Source of the DNA: Octopus sinensis
Taxonomy: Eukaryota
Assembly (NCBI RefSeq): GCF_006345805.1
Contig: NC_043002.1
Location: 112,654,001 to 112,718,000 of the forward strand
Length of the DNA stretch: 64,000 nucleotides
Reading direction: 5' to 3'
A program made the translations under genes and the position numbers. Positions 62,838 through 64,000 of the stretch are shown piece by piece. Under the pieces are notes generated by a model that saw nothing but the letters and a program-made list of their open reading frames with translations, was not told where the DNA came from and made no database searches. The first letter of the stretch is position 1. Every line of letters begins with the position of its first letter.

Positions 62838-63297
62838 ACTCTCTTACTCTCTTTTGCTCCCTTACTTGCTTCAGTCATGGGACTGTGGCCATGTTGGAGC
62901 ACCACCTTTAGTCGAGCTAATCGACCCCAGGACTTATTCTTTGTAAGCCTGGTACTTACTCCATCGGTCTCTCTTGCCTAACCGCTAAGTTACGGGGACG
63001 TAAACACATCAGCATCGGTTGTCTAGCGATATCGGGGGAACAAACACAGACACACAAACACACACACACACATACATACATACATACATACATACATACA
63101 TACATACATACATACATACATACATACATACATACGACGGGCTTCTTTCAGTTTCCGTCTACCAAATCCACTCACAAGGATTTGGTCGGCCCGAAGCTAT
63201 AGTAGAAGACACTTGCCCAAGGTGCCTCGCAGTGGGACTGAACCCGGAACCAAGTGGTTCGTAAGCAAGCTACTTACCACACTGACACTCCTACGCC
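62838..63297 (-). mobile_element. SINE family A, older copy with internal (TACA)n
   Basis: Consensus match with more substitutions. Confidence 0.9.
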
Positions 63298-63489
63298 TGG
63301 AGAAGTTCTTCTCCACTCCAAGAGTTGTTAAAGATGAACTATTAGAAGGTAACCCCAGTAGCTTTCATTCCACCACCATCTCTCACGCTAATCAAGTCAG
63401 TTCACATTATGGAATTACACGCTAGAACAAACTTCTCATAAGGTGAGAGATTCCTGTGTATACTTGTACAGTATATATACAGTATCACT

Positions 63490-63490
63490 G

Positions 63491-63559
<69 letters not shown>

Positions 63560-63631
63560 TGATAGATAGATAGATAGATTGATAGATAGATAGATAGATA
63601 GATAGATACATAGATACATAGATACATAGAC

Positions 63632-63666
<35 letters not shown>

Positions 63667-63667
63667 C

Positions 63668-63760
<93 letters not shown>
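63490..63760. repeat. (GATA)n microsatellite
   Basis: Directly visible. Confidence 0.97.
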
Positions 63761-64000
63761 TGTTTATATGAAATGTTTAGACAAGCACACACACAAACAC
63801 ACACACAAACAAACATACACACATACACTCATACACACATTCGCATACACAAATACTAGTTCTATGTCAAGAAACTTGGCAACTTGGAAATGGACTTTTC
63901 TATGTAATTGACGGTTAGCTACGAACGAACGTAGATACCGGATTTAGCCGAATTACACAAACCACGTACATTGAAAAACAGAATAAACTTCGTTGACGTT

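Noticed and set aside
1-64000. Dozens of ORFs rich in HT, YI, CV, MYV, poly-I/L/S/Y
   Set aside because: They are translations of di-, tri- and tetranucleotide microsatellites, not genes.

Overview
Eukaryotic, AT-rich, gene-poor genomic DNA. The repeat content points to a coleoid cephalopod, most likely Octopus (inference from the SINE and microsatellite content, not a database hit). No host protein-coding gene, rRNA, genuine tRNA or CRISPR array can be supported; most listed ORFs are translations of microsatellites. The window is a mosaic of microsatellites and mobile elements: two TIR-complete but defective mariner copies; a near full-length R4/Dong-type RLE retrotransposon inside a (TAA)n tract, plus two further Dong-like relics; L1/Tx1 fragments; Penelope-like (PLE) fragments with inverted terminal repeats; four non-autonomous Helitrons and one possible ~60-bp mini-Helitron; a pogo/Tigger relic; and about 20 tRNA-derived SINEs built from interchangeable modules. 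The most notable signals are (1) a minimal hammerhead-ribozyme fold with a compensatory U3-A8 core in both inverted PLE repeats, (2) a partial HDV-like ribozyme signature at the 5' end of a Dong element, (3) a 502-bp ORF-less element embedded in (TAA)n that may be a Dong-dependent non-autonomous retroelement, and (4) head and tail swapping among SINEs, with the tail swap bounded by an exact TSD and the head swap by an approximate one.
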